Positions 34,893 through 45,700 of a stretch of 64,000 nt of DNA are shown here, one piece after another. Source of the stretch: Candidatus Physcousia equi (GTDB lineage Bacteria; Bacteroidota; Bacteroidia; Bacteroidales; Bacteroidaceae); the NCBI GenBank assembly GCA_018065005.1, contig JAGHUD010000002.1, positions 987 through 64,986 of the forward strand, written 5' to 3'. How positions within the stretch are numbered: the stretch's first letter is position 1; each line of letters starts with the position of its first letter. A model generated the notes under the pieces. It did not search any database. It was not told the origin of the DNA and saw only the letters and a program-made list of their open reading frames with translations. The translations under genes were made by a program, and so were the position numbers.

Positions 34893-35918
34893 ATGATTCT
34901 CCATCTCTACAACTGCGACAACGACATGGCGCTGGCGAACTTCTCGCCAGGCTACACGCCACCTGCCAACATACAGCGCTATATGACCGAACACGAGCGG
35001 CTGCCCTTGCAGTGGGCGCAGCCCGGCGAGGCTGTGCTCTGCCACGATGGGGTGTGGCTCAAGCGCGAGCGGGGCGATGCCGAGCGGCTGTCGGTGGCAG
35101 AGGCTGTGGCGCGTGTGACGGAGCTACGCCCCTGGGGCTGGAGCCCTGCTGTGTGCCACCGCCTGCGGCAGTTGGGATTTCCCGCTGCCCTCATGCCCAC
35201 GGCGTCGCACCTGCAGGAACTGCGCCGGCTGAGCAGTCGCGAGCGTGCCGTGGAACTGCTGCCACCACTGCTTGAGGGGCTGGCTACTGCCACCGAGGGC
35301 GGCGCCACCGCCTTTGTGGGGGCGTCGGTCTTCTGCCGCAGCGAGGCTGAGGTGGCGCATGCGCTGCAACGCTGGCCACGCACCATCCTGAAGGCACCGT
35401 GGAGCAGCAGCGGCAAGGGGCTGCGCCTGGGGCAGGGGGGGCAGGCAGAGAGTCTGGGCGGATGGTGCCGGCGCATCCTGCAGCAGCAGGGTGGTGTGGT
35501 GGTGGAACCGCTCTACGACAAGGCTTGCGACTTTGCCATGGAGTTCTTCTCCGACGGGGTGGGGCGTGTGCGCTATCGCGGACTCTCGGTGTTTGACACC
35601 AGCGAGACGGGTGCCTATCTGGGCAACATGAGGGCAACGGAGGAGGCGCGACGTGCATACATAGAAAAAAGGATCGACGCCGGTTTGGCGTCGATCCCGT
35701 CGGGGGTGGCAGGCGGAGCGGCGGTGTCCGTCTCTCCGCATCAGCGCTTGTCGTTGTTGGCAGCTCGTCTGGAGGATGACTTGTCGGCGCGCCTCGGTGG
35801 CGTCTATCGCGGTCCGCTGGGCGTCGACATGATGGTGCTGCAGGATGGCAGCATCCACCCCTGTGTGGAAATCAACCTCCGCATGACGATGGGCTATGTG
35901 GCGATGCTGCTGGCTTAG
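34893..35918 (+). CDS. hypothetical protein, possibly ATP-grasp fold
   Basis: Very GC-rich ORF. The ILKAPWSSSGKGLRLG segment resembles ATP-grasp P-loop-like strands. No firm family assignment is possible by eye. Confidence 0.5.
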   Translation: MILHLYNCDNDMALANFSPGYTPPANIQRYMTEHERLPLQWAQPGEAVLCHDGVWLKRERGDAERLSVAEAVARVTELRPWGWSPAVCHRLRQLGFPAALMPTASHLQELRRLSSRERAVELLPPLLEGLATATEGGATAFVGASVFCRSEAEVAHALQRWPRTILKAPWSSSGKGLRLGQGGQAESLGGWCRRILQQQGGVVVEPLYDKACDFAMEFFSDGVGRVRYRGLSVFDTSETGAYLGNMRATEEARRAYIEKRIDAGLASIPSGVAGGAAVSVSPHQRLSLLAARLEDDLSARLGGVYRGPLGVDMMVLQDGSIHPCVEINLRMTMGYVAMLLA

Positions 35919-35969
35919 GCACGACGCCCAGGGGCGCCTTCAGATGTGGCAAGACAGCGGAAAGAGCGT

Positions 35970-36296
35970 TTATGCTTCGCCACCGGGCATACCGAAGGGA
36001 GCGATGGTGCGGCCCTTGCCCTGCTGTGCCTGAGGCTGTGTGATCTCGATGGGACCGAAGGTCTGCTCGTAGCGGTTGATGTTCTCCTGCAGTGCGTAGA
36101 GGAGGCGCTTGGCGTGCTCGGGCACCATGATGACACGTGAGCGCACCTGTGCCTTCTGCATGCCCGGGAGCATGGCGATGAAGTCCATGATAAACTCGGT
36201 GTTGCCGTGGGCAATCATAGCGAGGTTGGCATAGGTGCCGGTAGCGGTTTCGGGGGTGAGCTCGATCTGGAGCTGGTTTTGTTGTTCGTTTGCCAT
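35970..36296 (-). CDS. DUF3467 domain-containing protein
   Basis: 108 aa. GTYANLAMIAHGNTEFIMDF...RVIMVPEHAKRLL is the pattern I associate with DUF3467. Confidence 0.7.
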   Translation of the reverse strand: MANEQQNQLQIELTPETATGTYANLAMIAHGNTEFIMDFIAMLPGMQKAQVRSRVIMVPEHAKRLLYALQENINRYEQTFGPIEITQPQAQQGKGRTIAPFGMPGGEA

Positions 36297-36369
36297 TGTT
36301 GTAGGTTTTGTTTTGGGTTTGATATGACTCTGCCTTGTGTGGCAGAGGGAATGGTTGATTAGTTTGCTC

Positions 36370-38871
36370 TTATTTCACCACGACCTTCTTGCCGCCACGG
36401 ACGTAGATGCCCGGACGGAGTTTGGGGGCTGCACCTGCGCTTACGCCCTGCACGAGGCGACCGCTGAGGTCGAAGGTCTGGTGGCTGAGGCTATGCACCG
36501 CCTGGGGCGTGGCAGCTTGCAGACTGCGGATGTCGGTGGCGTTGAGGGTGACGGTTTGCTCGTGGCTCCACTTCGACTGGCCGAGGGCAGTGATGGCACG
36601 CAGGCTGACGAAGTAGTTGCTGGCAGGGTTGAGCTGGGTGAAGGTGTAGCTGGTGGCATCCGTCTTGTAGGTCGTCTCGACGTCGCGAGAACGGCGCATG
36701 GGGGCTGCAGACGGAGAGGACGATGGTGGGGCTTGTGTGGTCTCGCTCGTCGCAGCGCTCTCGAAGGTCGGCGCGCAGAAGTGTCGTTCGGCCCTTGCCT
36801 CTTCGAGTCCGAGTTGTTCCTCGTCGAACGCGCCATCGTAGATCGTCAGCCTGTTGATGCTGACGGGGACGGGGGCGGACAGGGTGATGGTGCAGGGCTC
36901 GGTGATCCTGTTGGCGATGATGACGAAGTCCTGCGCTTCGGAAACGGACATGATGCCCGTCTGCAACTGACGGCCGCCCAGATGGATGAGGAACTGCACC
37001 TGACCCTCCTGGTCGAAGGGTGCGAGATGTGCCACGATGGTGAGGTCGGTGCTGAGGGGGTCGTCGATGAGGGGTGTGGTGAGTGTGCCAGTGGCAGACT
37101 TCGACCCCATCTTGAGCCATTGCGGACTGGTGTAGAGCTTCGAACCGTTGAAGCCTTTGGTGGTGAGGTATTTGTCGAGGCGGGTGCCGATGTCGCTGAT
37201 GCCAGTGCTCTTGGAGTAGCAGCCGCTGAAGTCTTCTGTCAGCAGCACAGCCTCTTCGGGTGTGGCAGGGGGAGCGGGTCGCTCGCGTAGGTTGATCTCA
37301 TAGCCAGTGGCATCTTCTACGGCGTCCCACGAAATGGTGAATCCGCTGCTGGTGACCTGCTCTGCCTCGTGGAGCCTGGGGATGCTGATGGCACCGCGCA
37401 GGGCGGCGAAGCTGATGGTGCCGTTCTTCTCTGTGATGTCGGCAATGGGTTTGCCCATGAGTTTGTTGCCGTCGCGGTCGGCATGGTAGACGGTGGCGGC
37501 AGGCTTCGAGTTGTCGGAGAGCTCACTCTTGCGCGAGGTGCCGGGAAAGGGGTCGCCGCTCTCGGAGTCTCTGGAGAGGAGGTTGTCTGCCGGGATGATG
37601 GTCATGCGCTGATGGTTGGCATCGGTGTTGACCTGGTTGTAGTGCCAGGAGGTGGGGTCATAGTCAACGTGGAGCACGAGCAGCCCGTGCCCGCCCAATG
37701 CGGCGTCAAAGCCTTTCTGCTGTCGGTTTTCGAGCAGGTAAAACTCATTGTCGGTGACATCGTTGTAGAGGATGTATGCCTCGGGCGCATCGGTGAGGGG
37801 CTTCATGCCTTCGATGAAGGTGGCTTGGTCTATCTCGATGGGGGTGAGCCATCCCGACACCCATCGCTCGTAGGAGGTGTAGGCAGCGGGTGTGCAGGAT
37901 CCGTTGTTGTAGTTGCCGGAGCACATGATGTCCCAGTTGCCCATGCCGTAGTTGCTGTTGGCGGTGTCGTAGTGGTCTGCCAAGCCCAGGCAGTGGCTGA
38001 ACTCGTGGCAGGCGGTGCCGATCCCGTCGACCGTAGTGCCGCTTCCGCCTTTGAGTTCGCTGGCGCAGCCGTAGGTTCCGATGCGCACACCATTCTTCAC
38101 CACGTTGAATTCGCTGATGCTCCATTCGTGTGGCCAGATGCAGTCGCTCTCTCCACCCTGAGCTTCGCCGTAGCCGGCATAGATGATGAAGATCTGGTCT
38201 ACCTCGCCGTCGCCGTCCCAGTCGTAGCGCGAGAAGTCTACCATGTCGGCGGCTGCATTGACGGCATCGACGACGAACTCTTTGACGTTGCTGTCGTGGT
38301 TGTCGCCTTGGGCTGCACCGTAGTAGCCGTAGGGGTGGTTGAGGGTGACGGGGCCCACGACGTCGAACTCAAGGTTGAACTGTCCGTAGCTTTGTGCTTT
38401 GAAGTAGTCGTGAACGCTGCCACTCATGCCGTTCTCGTTGTAGCCTTCGAGGTTGAAGAATTTCTTGAAATAGGCGGAGGGGGCGTTCATGGAGAACTTC
38501 TGGTTGCTGAACTGGGCGAGAATGACCAGTCCGTGCTTTTCGCCTACGTAGGAGACTCGCTTTTGCGAGCGCTTGCGGACTCGGGCGCTGCGGCGCTGGT
38601 TGTCGGTGCTGACACGCTCGCGGGTGGCTGTATGGAGGTAGGAGGCATCGCGCAGCTCGTAGCTGCCATCTGCGCAACGGAAGGCTAAGCGACCGTCGTC
38701 ACAGCGATAGTAGCTGAGGCGCTCGTCGCCGGAGAGGGTGGCTACGAGGGTTGTGCCGTCTGTCAGGGTGATGGTCTTGCGCACGGGATAGGCGGGGACT
38801 GCATGCAGCCGTGCTGCACAGAGCAGGAAGAGGCAGTATGCCGTGAGGAGGAGTATTCTGTGGTGTTTCAT
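36370..38871 (-). CDS. M6-family (immune inhibitor A-like) zinc metalloprotease with a T9SS C-terminal sorting domain
   Basis: Signal peptide MKHHRILLLTAYCLFLLCAARLHA. HExxH site in HEFSHCLGLADHYD. C-terminus ...RPGIYVRGGKKVVVK. Confidence 0.85.
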   Translation of the reverse strand: MKHHRILLLTAYCLFLLCAARLHAVPAYPVRKTITLTDGTTLVATLSGDERLSYYRCDDGRLAFRCADGSYELRDASYLHTATRERVSTDNQRRSARVRKRSQKRVSYVGEKHGLVILAQFSNQKFSMNAPSAYFKKFFNLEGYNENGMSGSVHDYFKAQSYGQFNLEFDVVGPVTLNHPYGYYGAAQGDNHDSNVKEFVVDAVNAAADMVDFSRYDWDGDGEVDQIFIIYAGYGEAQGGESDCIWPHEWSISEFNVVKNGVRIGTYGCASELKGGSGTTVDGIGTACHEFSHCLGLADHYDTANSNYGMGNWDIMCSGNYNNGSCTPAAYTSYERWVSGWLTPIEIDQATFIEGMKPLTDAPEAYILYNDVTDNEFYLLENRQQKGFDAALGGHGLLVLHVDYDPTSWHYNQVNTDANHQRMTIIPADNLLSRDSESGDPFPGTSRKSELSDNSKPAATVYHADRDGNKLMGKPIADITEKNGTISFAALRGAISIPRLHEAEQVTSSGFTISWDAVEDATGYEINLRERPAPPATPEEAVLLTEDFSGCYSKSTGISDIGTRLDKYLTTKGFNGSKLYTSPQWLKMGSKSATGTLTTPLIDDPLSTDLTIVAHLAPFDQEGQVQFLIHLGGRQLQTGIMSVSEAQDFVIIANRITEPCTITLSAPVPVSINRLTIYDGAFDEEQLGLEEARAERHFCAPTFESAATSETTQAPPSSSPSAAPMRRSRDVETTYKTDATSYTFTQLNPASNYFVSLRAITALGQSKWSHEQTVTLNATDIRSLQAATPQAVHSLSHQTFDLSGRLVQGVSAGAAPKLRPGIYVRGGKKVVVK

Positions 38872-38897
38872 GATGTTCGTTTTCTGTCTTGATGCGG

Positions 38898-38905
38898 CAA
38901 AGATA
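38898..38905 (-). promoter_or_regulatory. candidate -7 box (TATCTTTG on minus) for the M6 protease gene
   Basis: CAAAGATA on +, 27 nt upstream of the ATG at 38871, inside the track's N-terminal extension. Confidence 0.45.
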
Positions 38906-39003
38906 CAAATAATATGTGAAACGACAAAGGTGGAAGGCAAAAAAAAGAAGCGGACTCCCTCGCAGAGGAATCCGCTTCTGATATATTGCGTCTGGGCGCG
39001 TCG

Positions 39004-41052
39004 TCAGAATCTAAGCATCTTCTTGGCGTCGCGTTTGTTGCTCTTCTTGCCAACGAGGGGCTTCACAGCAGTTGTTTTCATGGTCTTGCCACATTTCTTG
39101 CTGATGACCTTCTTGTGCTTCTTGGGGGCTGCCTTCTTGCTTGCCTTGGCGCTCTGGTTGAAGGGCACGCGCAGGGTCTTCACCTTGGCTTGTGCCTTCA
39201 CTCCCGATTCGTTGATGGTCATGTATTCGCTACCCATTGCCCATGGCTCGCTGGGGTCAACCATGTCGTAGTAGATGAGCGTGAAGATGAAGCACTTCTC
39301 CTCTTCATCGTAGTAGCAGGGATACTTCTCATAGGCAGCGGGGTTCTCCTGATACTGAGCAACGTCGCTGACGTAGATCATGCCATAGGTTTGGGAAACG
39401 TATCCAATAGGCTGAGCAGGGACGGTGCACTGGTTGGTTTTCTCGTTCCAGGTGAACATGAAGTGGTCGCCTTCGTCGTAGCCCCAGTCGAGGAGACGAT
39501 ATTCGCTTGGGTTGCTCTCGTTCTGCTGCAGTTCGAGTTCAGCTTCCGCAGGCACGTCGTTGCCTTCTTCATCTTCATCGGTGAAGAATTGGGTGTAGGT
39601 GAAGGTGGCTGAGCCGATGGTGGTGAACTTCACTTGCTTCAGTCGCTCGATGCCTGTGCCATACTCGACGGTTCCGTCTTCGTTGGTGAAGGTCATGTCG
39701 AGCTGGATGTCTTTTTCGCTGAACTTAGAAGAGGTGCCGTTGATGGAGGCGTAGATCATGTTGCTCAGAGCGTTCAGACCGGTTTCTTGCTTCTCATAGC
39801 CATCGGGAATCATGATTTCGCCGTCCTTGACAGCAAAGTAGATGTGGTAATCCTCTGCATAGGGGCTGGCGATGCAGTAAGCCTCGCCATACTTCTCGGC
39901 GAAGCGGGCTGCCACGTCGGCAGTCTCTTTTTCGGTTTCGCCATAAGCGCAGGTGCCCTTGTAGAGAACGGCTGTTCCCTTAGTGTTGAGTGCCTCAGAG
40001 GTGAAGTCGCCTTCGAAGACTTCTTCCCAATCGAAGTCTTTTGCGATGTCGGCATCGTGCTTGTCAACATAGCCAGGGAAGGTGATGACGAGCGACTCGT
40101 CTTTGGTGGTGTAGTCGAACGCACCGCTAACGGAGGGCACATAGACGGCGGGAGCCAACTGGATCTTGCCAGGTGTCTTGTGCTCCTCGTCGAGCCATAC
40201 GAGCACCTTGTTGCTTGCCCATGTTGATGGGTCGAGGCAGTCACTCCAACCAGACATGGTGTTGCCTGCGGTTACGGGGTGCATGTAGATGAGCTCAGAA
40301 CTATAGTTGCTGGCATAGTCGCCACTGTTGGCAGGAGCGAAGTAGACAACGTCTTCTCCGTCTTCATATTCCACACCTTCTACTTCGGTGCCTGGCTGCA
40401 GGATGGTCACGGTGATGCTCTTTGCCTGGCTGCCCGTCATGGCATCTTCGGCAGTGTAGGTCTTGCCTTCAGCGACAATCTTCATGTTGTCGAAGGGATA
40501 CATGATGCGATAGGTCCAATTGTCGCCGTCCTTCTGATAGATTTCAACATCAGCTTCGCCAGGAATGTCGTAGCCCCAACGGCAGTCGTCGAAGAACTTG
40601 CCTTGGCCGATGAAGTTCCACTTTACGCGGCATACGCTGTAGTTGAACACGGTGTTCTGTGCATAGGAAGAGGTGAGGCCTGCACCTTCAATCTGGAGCT
40701 GAAGGTTGTAGTCCTTACCAATCTCAGCCTTGTCGAAGGTGACGTCGAAGGTGGCAGTCTCTTCACCATCGGCGAAGTGAGCGGGTGCAACACTGAAGAC
40801 GTTGTCGGTGTTCTCCTTGACGGTGAACTTCACATCGAGTGCGCCCACGGTGTTGGTGCGCGTGATCTCGAAGGTCTTGATACAGGTCTCGCTGGGTTCC
40901 AACTCTTCGGAGAGGTCGGTCTCCACAAATGAGACATTGGCGTAGTTGGACGCTGCGTCCCACTGGCCGACACTGTAGTCGTCCTTGTTGGAGCATGCGG
41001 TGAGCATGGCGGCACAAGCGGCGAACAGCGTGATTTTATTGATAAACTTCAT
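39004..41052 (-). CDS. surface lipoprotein of the SusCD locus (SusE/F-position, SGBP-like) with a lysine-rich C-terminal tail
   Basis: MKFINKITLFAACAAMLTACS lipobox. The gene starts 26 nt after the susD-like stop. The last 65 residues contain 20 Lys and 3 Arg versus 1 Asp. Confidence 0.75.
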   Translation of the reverse strand: MKFINKITLFAACAAMLTACSNKDDYSVGQWDAASNYANVSFVETDLSEELEPSETCIKTFEITRTNTVGALDVKFTVKENTDNVFSVAPAHFADGEETATFDVTFDKAEIGKDYNLQLQIEGAGLTSSYAQNTVFNYSVCRVKWNFIGQGKFFDDCRWGYDIPGEADVEIYQKDGDNWTYRIMYPFDNMKIVAEGKTYTAEDAMTGSQAKSITVTILQPGTEVEGVEYEDGEDVVYFAPANSGDYASNYSSELIYMHPVTAGNTMSGWSDCLDPSTWASNKVLVWLDEEHKTPGKIQLAPAVYVPSVSGAFDYTTKDESLVITFPGYVDKHDADIAKDFDWEEVFEGDFTSEALNTKGTAVLYKGTCAYGETEKETADVAARFAEKYGEAYCIASPYAEDYHIYFAVKDGEIMIPDGYEKQETGLNALSNMIYASINGTSSKFSEKDIQLDMTFTNEDGTVEYGTGIERLKQVKFTTIGSATFTYTQFFTDEDEEGNDVPAEAELELQQNESNPSEYRLLDWGYDEGDHFMFTWNEKTNQCTVPAQPIGYVSQTYGMIYVSDVAQYQENPAAYEKYPCYYDEEEKCFIFTLIYYDMVDPSEPWAMGSEYMTINESGVKAQAKVKTLRVPFNQSAKASKKAAPKKHKKVISKKCGKTMKTTAVKPLVGKKSNKRDAKKMLRF

Positions 41053-41078
41053 TGTTTTTACTTTCTTTGAGGGTTAGT

Positions 41079-42737
41079 TTAGTCGGTAACGCCGTCCAGC
41101 AATTCCTTGTTCTGACCAGGAGTGGGCTGCTGACCGCCTTCGTTGTTCTTGATGCCATGGTTGTTGTCAGTCTCCGTGGTGGGGAAGCGGAGGAGCATGT
41201 AGGGGTCACCATAGGCGACGTTGAAGCGGAATGCGTCGGGGTAGGGGTCCTTCTCGCTGTGGAAACGAACGATGTTCTTCTTCAGGCGCATGATGTCGCT
41301 CATGCCAAAGCCTTCACCCCAAAGCTCGATGCGGCGCTGGAGCCAGATCTCGTCTGCGAGATTGCGCTTGCCAAGCTGCACGGCGATGTTGTAGGCAGGG
41401 TCGCGATAGGTGGTGATGAAGTTGGAGAGCACCTGCTTGGCGGTGTTCTCGTCGCCGCTCTTGGCAAGACCTTCTGCCACGATGAGGTACATCTCCTCAA
41501 CACGCATGAGGGGCCAGTCGCTGCAGTTGGTGGTGGTGCCAACACCTGCCTGGCAACCGAACTTGACGTTGGTGTAGGCGTCGAAGGCTACCTTCACGTT
41601 GGTGATGGCGAGCTTGACGAGTGCGTCGCCCGTGAACGATACGCCGTCTTCGTTCTTCCAGCTGACGGTGTTGGTGAGGGGTGACTTGCCGTTCTTGTTG
41701 AGCCACCATCCCTTGCGCACGTCGCTGGGGTTGATGAGATCGTAGAGGAGCTTGTTGATGTGCACACAGCAACCTGTGGCAGCACTGTAGCCGTCGCCCG
41801 AGAAAGAGCAGATCCAGGCATCGCAGGTGGCATAGGCAAACTTCTTGGCCATGTCTTCCGTCATGTCGTAGCCCCAAAGCCAGTTCTTCTCAGAAATGTT
41901 GCAGAAGGTGGGCTTGGATACGTCGGCAATGGAGGCGGGCTTGACACCGCTCAGGTCGATGGCCTTCTGTGCGTCGGCTGCTGCCTCTGCCCACTTCTCC
42001 ATGGCGAGGTTGGCACGGGCGCGCAGACCATAGGCTACGGCACCGCTGATCTCGTTCTTGTTGGTGGGCTTGTAGTTCTCGAGGATTTTGCAAGCGTAGT
42101 TGAGGTCGCTCATGATGAGCTCGTAGACCTCCTTGACCGTGGCGCGGGGGTTGTTGTCGGCTTCAACACCCTTCTCCGTCACGATGGGCACGCAGGGGGC
42201 TTCCAGATGGTCCACATAGTTGAACTGGAAGCTGGGTGCAAGGCTCATATAGTCGAAGGCACGAACGGCACGAGCCTGAGCAATACGGTTGAGCTCCTTC
42301 TCGTTCTGGGTGTCGGCAGGGTAGTTGCTGATGACGTCGTTTGCCAAACGAATCTGCTTGTAGGGAGCAATGTAGCGAATGTAGGGATTCGCATAGTCGG
42401 GGTTGCGCGAACTCCATTCACCACAGGTGGAGAACCAGTTGTAGCCATTGTCGGCAATCCACGCATCCGATGCTTCGAGGTCGTTGGAGAGTGCCATCAT
42501 CACGAAACCATAGTCGTCGGGACGGCCGCTGCTGTTGTGCAAGCATCCGTTGGGCTCTCCCATCATGGTGAACATGGCAGAGAAGGCAGCCTCGGTGCGG
42601 GTGGGGAGCGCACTGTTTGTTTCCTTCACCTGCTCGTCAGTGAGTGCACCACCTTGTGGCACTTGCTCATTGACGTCCTGGCAGGCACTGAAGGTCAGCG
42701 CAGCGAGTGCCAGGCTTGAATATCTCAGAATTTTCAT
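41079..42737 (-). CDS. SusD/RagB-family nutrient-binding outer-membrane lipoprotein
   Basis: 552 aa. Lipobox LTFSAC, TPR-like helical composition, positioned immediately after the susC-like gene. Confidence 0.9.
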   Translation of the reverse strand: MKILRYSSLALAALTFSACQDVNEQVPQGGALTDEQVKETNSALPTRTEAAFSAMFTMMGEPNGCLHNSSGRPDDYGFVMMALSNDLEASDAWIADNGYNWFSTCGEWSSRNPDYANPYIRYIAPYKQIRLANDVISNYPADTQNEKELNRIAQARAVRAFDYMSLAPSFQFNYVDHLEAPCVPIVTEKGVEADNNPRATVKEVYELIMSDLNYACKILENYKPTNKNEISGAVAYGLRARANLAMEKWAEAAADAQKAIDLSGVKPASIADVSKPTFCNISEKNWLWGYDMTEDMAKKFAYATCDAWICSFSGDGYSAATGCCVHINKLLYDLINPSDVRKGWWLNKNGKSPLTNTVSWKNEDGVSFTGDALVKLAITNVKVAFDAYTNVKFGCQAGVGTTTNCSDWPLMRVEEMYLIVAEGLAKSGDENTAKQVLSNFITTYRDPAYNIAVQLGKRNLADEIWLQRRIELWGEGFGMSDIMRLKKNIVRFHSEKDPYPDAFRFNVAYGDPYMLLRFPTTETDNNHGIKNNEGGQQPTPGQNKELLDGVTD

Positions 42738-42761
42738 ATACTACTTGATTGTTTGCTGAAG

Positions 42762-45700
42762 TTAGAAGTTAATGGTGATACCACCCGTGATGGTGCGCAT
42801 AGCACTGTAGTAGGTCGTGTTGAGCGCTGCACCTGAGGTGTAGCCACCAACGGCCTGAGTGAAGCGGGGGTCGAGACCCTTGCGTGCACTGAAGAGTGCG
42901 AGGTTCTCGCCTGCTACGTAGATGCGCACGCCACCGAGGTGAAGCTTCTCAAGCACATTCTTGGGGAATGAGTAGCCGAAGGTGACGTTGTGGATGGAGA
43001 GGTAGTTGGAACTGGTGAGGAAGTAGTCACAGCCAGACTGGGTGAGGTTGCCCCAAGCGCTTGAATCCCAACGGGGGATGTTGCTGCCGGTGTTCTCGGG
43101 CGACCATGCGTTGATGATGTCCTTGTGGAGCGACTGGCCTGCGTTGTCCTGTGTCCACATGGTGGCTTGGTAGCTACCGTCGTAGATCTTGCCACCGAGC
43201 TGATAAGAGAACTGTGCGCCGAGGTCGAAGCCCTTGAACTTGAGGGTCGTGCCGAAACCACCATAGAGCTTGGGCAATGTGCTGCCGCACTCCATCTTGG
43301 TGGCGTTGCTGGCGTCGTTGGTGACGGTGAGCTCGCCCGTGGGGTTGCCCTCCTTGTCGAGCACTTCCTTATAATAGAGTGCATCACCAGCCTTGAAGCC
43401 CTTTTGCCTGTCGTCGGTCTGTTGGATGCCAGCGAACTTATACATATAGGTCTCGTAGACTGAACCACCCTCGCGGAGGATGCTGTAGCTGTACTTGATG
43501 CCGTCCTTCTTGTAGGCGGGGTCGAGCTCGAGGATGCGGTTCTTGAAGTGGGTCATGTTGAGGTTGAGGTCCCACTCTACGTTCTTGGTGCGAACCACCT
43601 TGCCACCGAGTTCGATTTCCACACCCCAGTTGCGCACCGAACCAATGTTGGTGGGGAGCTCGATGGAGGTGCCGTAGCCTACTGAGAGGGGATAGCTCTT
43701 GTAGAAGAGCATGTCGGTGGTCTTGCGGTTGAAGAAGTCGACATTACCATAGAGGCGGTCGCCGAAGAGACTGAAGTCTACACCTGCGTTCCATGAGTGG
43801 GATGTCTCCCATGTGAGGTTTTCGTTGCCCTTCTGTGCAATGGTGATGGAGTACTGACCTGTGCCTTCGTTGTAGTCGGTGGTGTACATGTCTGTCCATG
43901 GGTATTCGCCGCTCAGAAGGTTGTCGTTACCCTGAATACCGTAGCTGAGCTTGAGCTTCAGGAAATTGATCCACTTGGCGCTCTTGAGGAACTTCTCCTT
44001 GTTCATCACCCAACCGAGACCGACGCTGCCAAAGTTACCCCAACGATGACCGGGGGCGAAACGGCTGCTGGCGTCGCGGCGGTAGCTGCCATCGACGAAG
44101 TACTTGCCGGCGTAGTCATACTGGGCACGGCTGAGGATACCTTCTGTCATGTAGCCAGAGGTGGATGAGCTGACCTCCTTGTCGGTGGTGTGCTTGGCGT
44201 TGTTCAACTCTGCAATGAAGGGATCGTAGAGGTGGGTGTTGCTGCCAGAGAGACCCTGTGACTTGTAGCGATACTGCTCGTAGCCCACGAGGACATCGAG
44301 GTTGTGCTTGCTGCCACCAAAGTCGGTCTTGTAGTCAGCCATAGCACGAGCATTGACACTGAAGAGGCGGCTGTGAGAAACGGAAACGTAGCCGTCGGAG
44401 GATGATGAACTGCCGAAGACGCTGCTCAGATAGTTGCTGCGCGCGTTGTCGCTGAGGATGCCGAGGTCGCCGGTGACGGTCAGACCCTTCACGGGGGTGA
44501 GGGTTACACTCCAGTCGCCGCTGAAGACGTCGTTGTACATCTTGCTGATCTGGTACTCATTGTCGCGGATGGCGTTACCCATCACGCCGGCACGCTTGAA
44601 GTTGGTCTGGTTGGCATCATACTGCACGCGACCGTCCTTCATGGCGATGCTGCCGTCTGCGTTGCGCACGTAGAGGGGATAGATGGGGGCAATGTTGTTG
44701 GCAATGTAGAACATGTTGCCGCTTGAACCCCATGATGTGCCGTAGGAGGGTGAGTCGCTGTCGGTGTGGGTGAAGTTCATGTTGGCTGAGAGACGCAACC
44801 AGTCGTTGGCTTGATACTGGGCATTCAGACGACCATTGTAGCGCTTGAAGCTGGAGTTGCTCACGATACCACCATCCTGCAGATAACCACCGCTGGCGTA
44901 GTAGGTGATCTTGTCGCTGGCGCCACTGATGGTTGCGTTGTATTCCTGACGGAAACTGCTGTGGAAGGCGTTGTCGTACCAGTTGTCGGGCATGTAGAAG
45001 TATTCACCATCGCTGTAGCCAAGCTTGGCGTTGGGGTTGAGCTTCATGTTGGTGCCGATGAGGTTTTGACCTTCTGGCAAGGTGTAGACCTGATAACCAA
45101 GACCGCCATTGTCTGCGTCGAAGATGCGGTCGCAGGCGTTTTGGTAGGCGTAGTTCTTGTCGTAACCACTGGTGATGTTGCCGTTGTAGAGACGCTTGAA
45201 GACTTCCTCATAGTACTGACCGGGATCGGTGATGACGTCGTAGTTGGGAATCAGACGGCTGTTGGAACCCCACTTCGCGTCGAACTTGACCTCGGGGTGC
45301 TGACCTTTCTTACCCTTCTTGGTGTTGATGAGGATGACACCATTGGCACCACGAGCACCATAAATGGCGGTGGCGCTGGCGTCCTTCAGCACGGTCATGC
45401 TTTCTACGTCTTGGGGGTTGATGGTGTTGATGCTGCCATCGTAGGGCACACCGTCAACTACGTAGAGGGGATTGTTGCTGGCGCTGAGAGAACCAATACC
45501 GCGAATGCGAATGGTGGGTTCATTGCTGGTGGGGTCGCCATTGCTGCTCATGAACTGCACACCGGCTGCGGTACCTGCCAAAGCGCTGGTTACGTTCGTG
45601 GCTACGTTGTTTTCAATCACTTCGGAACCTACAACGGCTGCACTTCCGGTGAAGCTGCTGCGGGTTGCCGTACCATAGGCAACGATCATCACGTCGTCCA

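Noticed and set aside
37369-38688. 439-aa plus-strand ORF opposite the M6 protease, and similar ones at 39634..40227, 40279..40932, 41760..42719 and 44811..45710
   Set aside because: These are shadows of the protease/lipoprotein/SusD/SusC genes, Gly/Val/Ala/Asp-rich with no signal peptide or motif.
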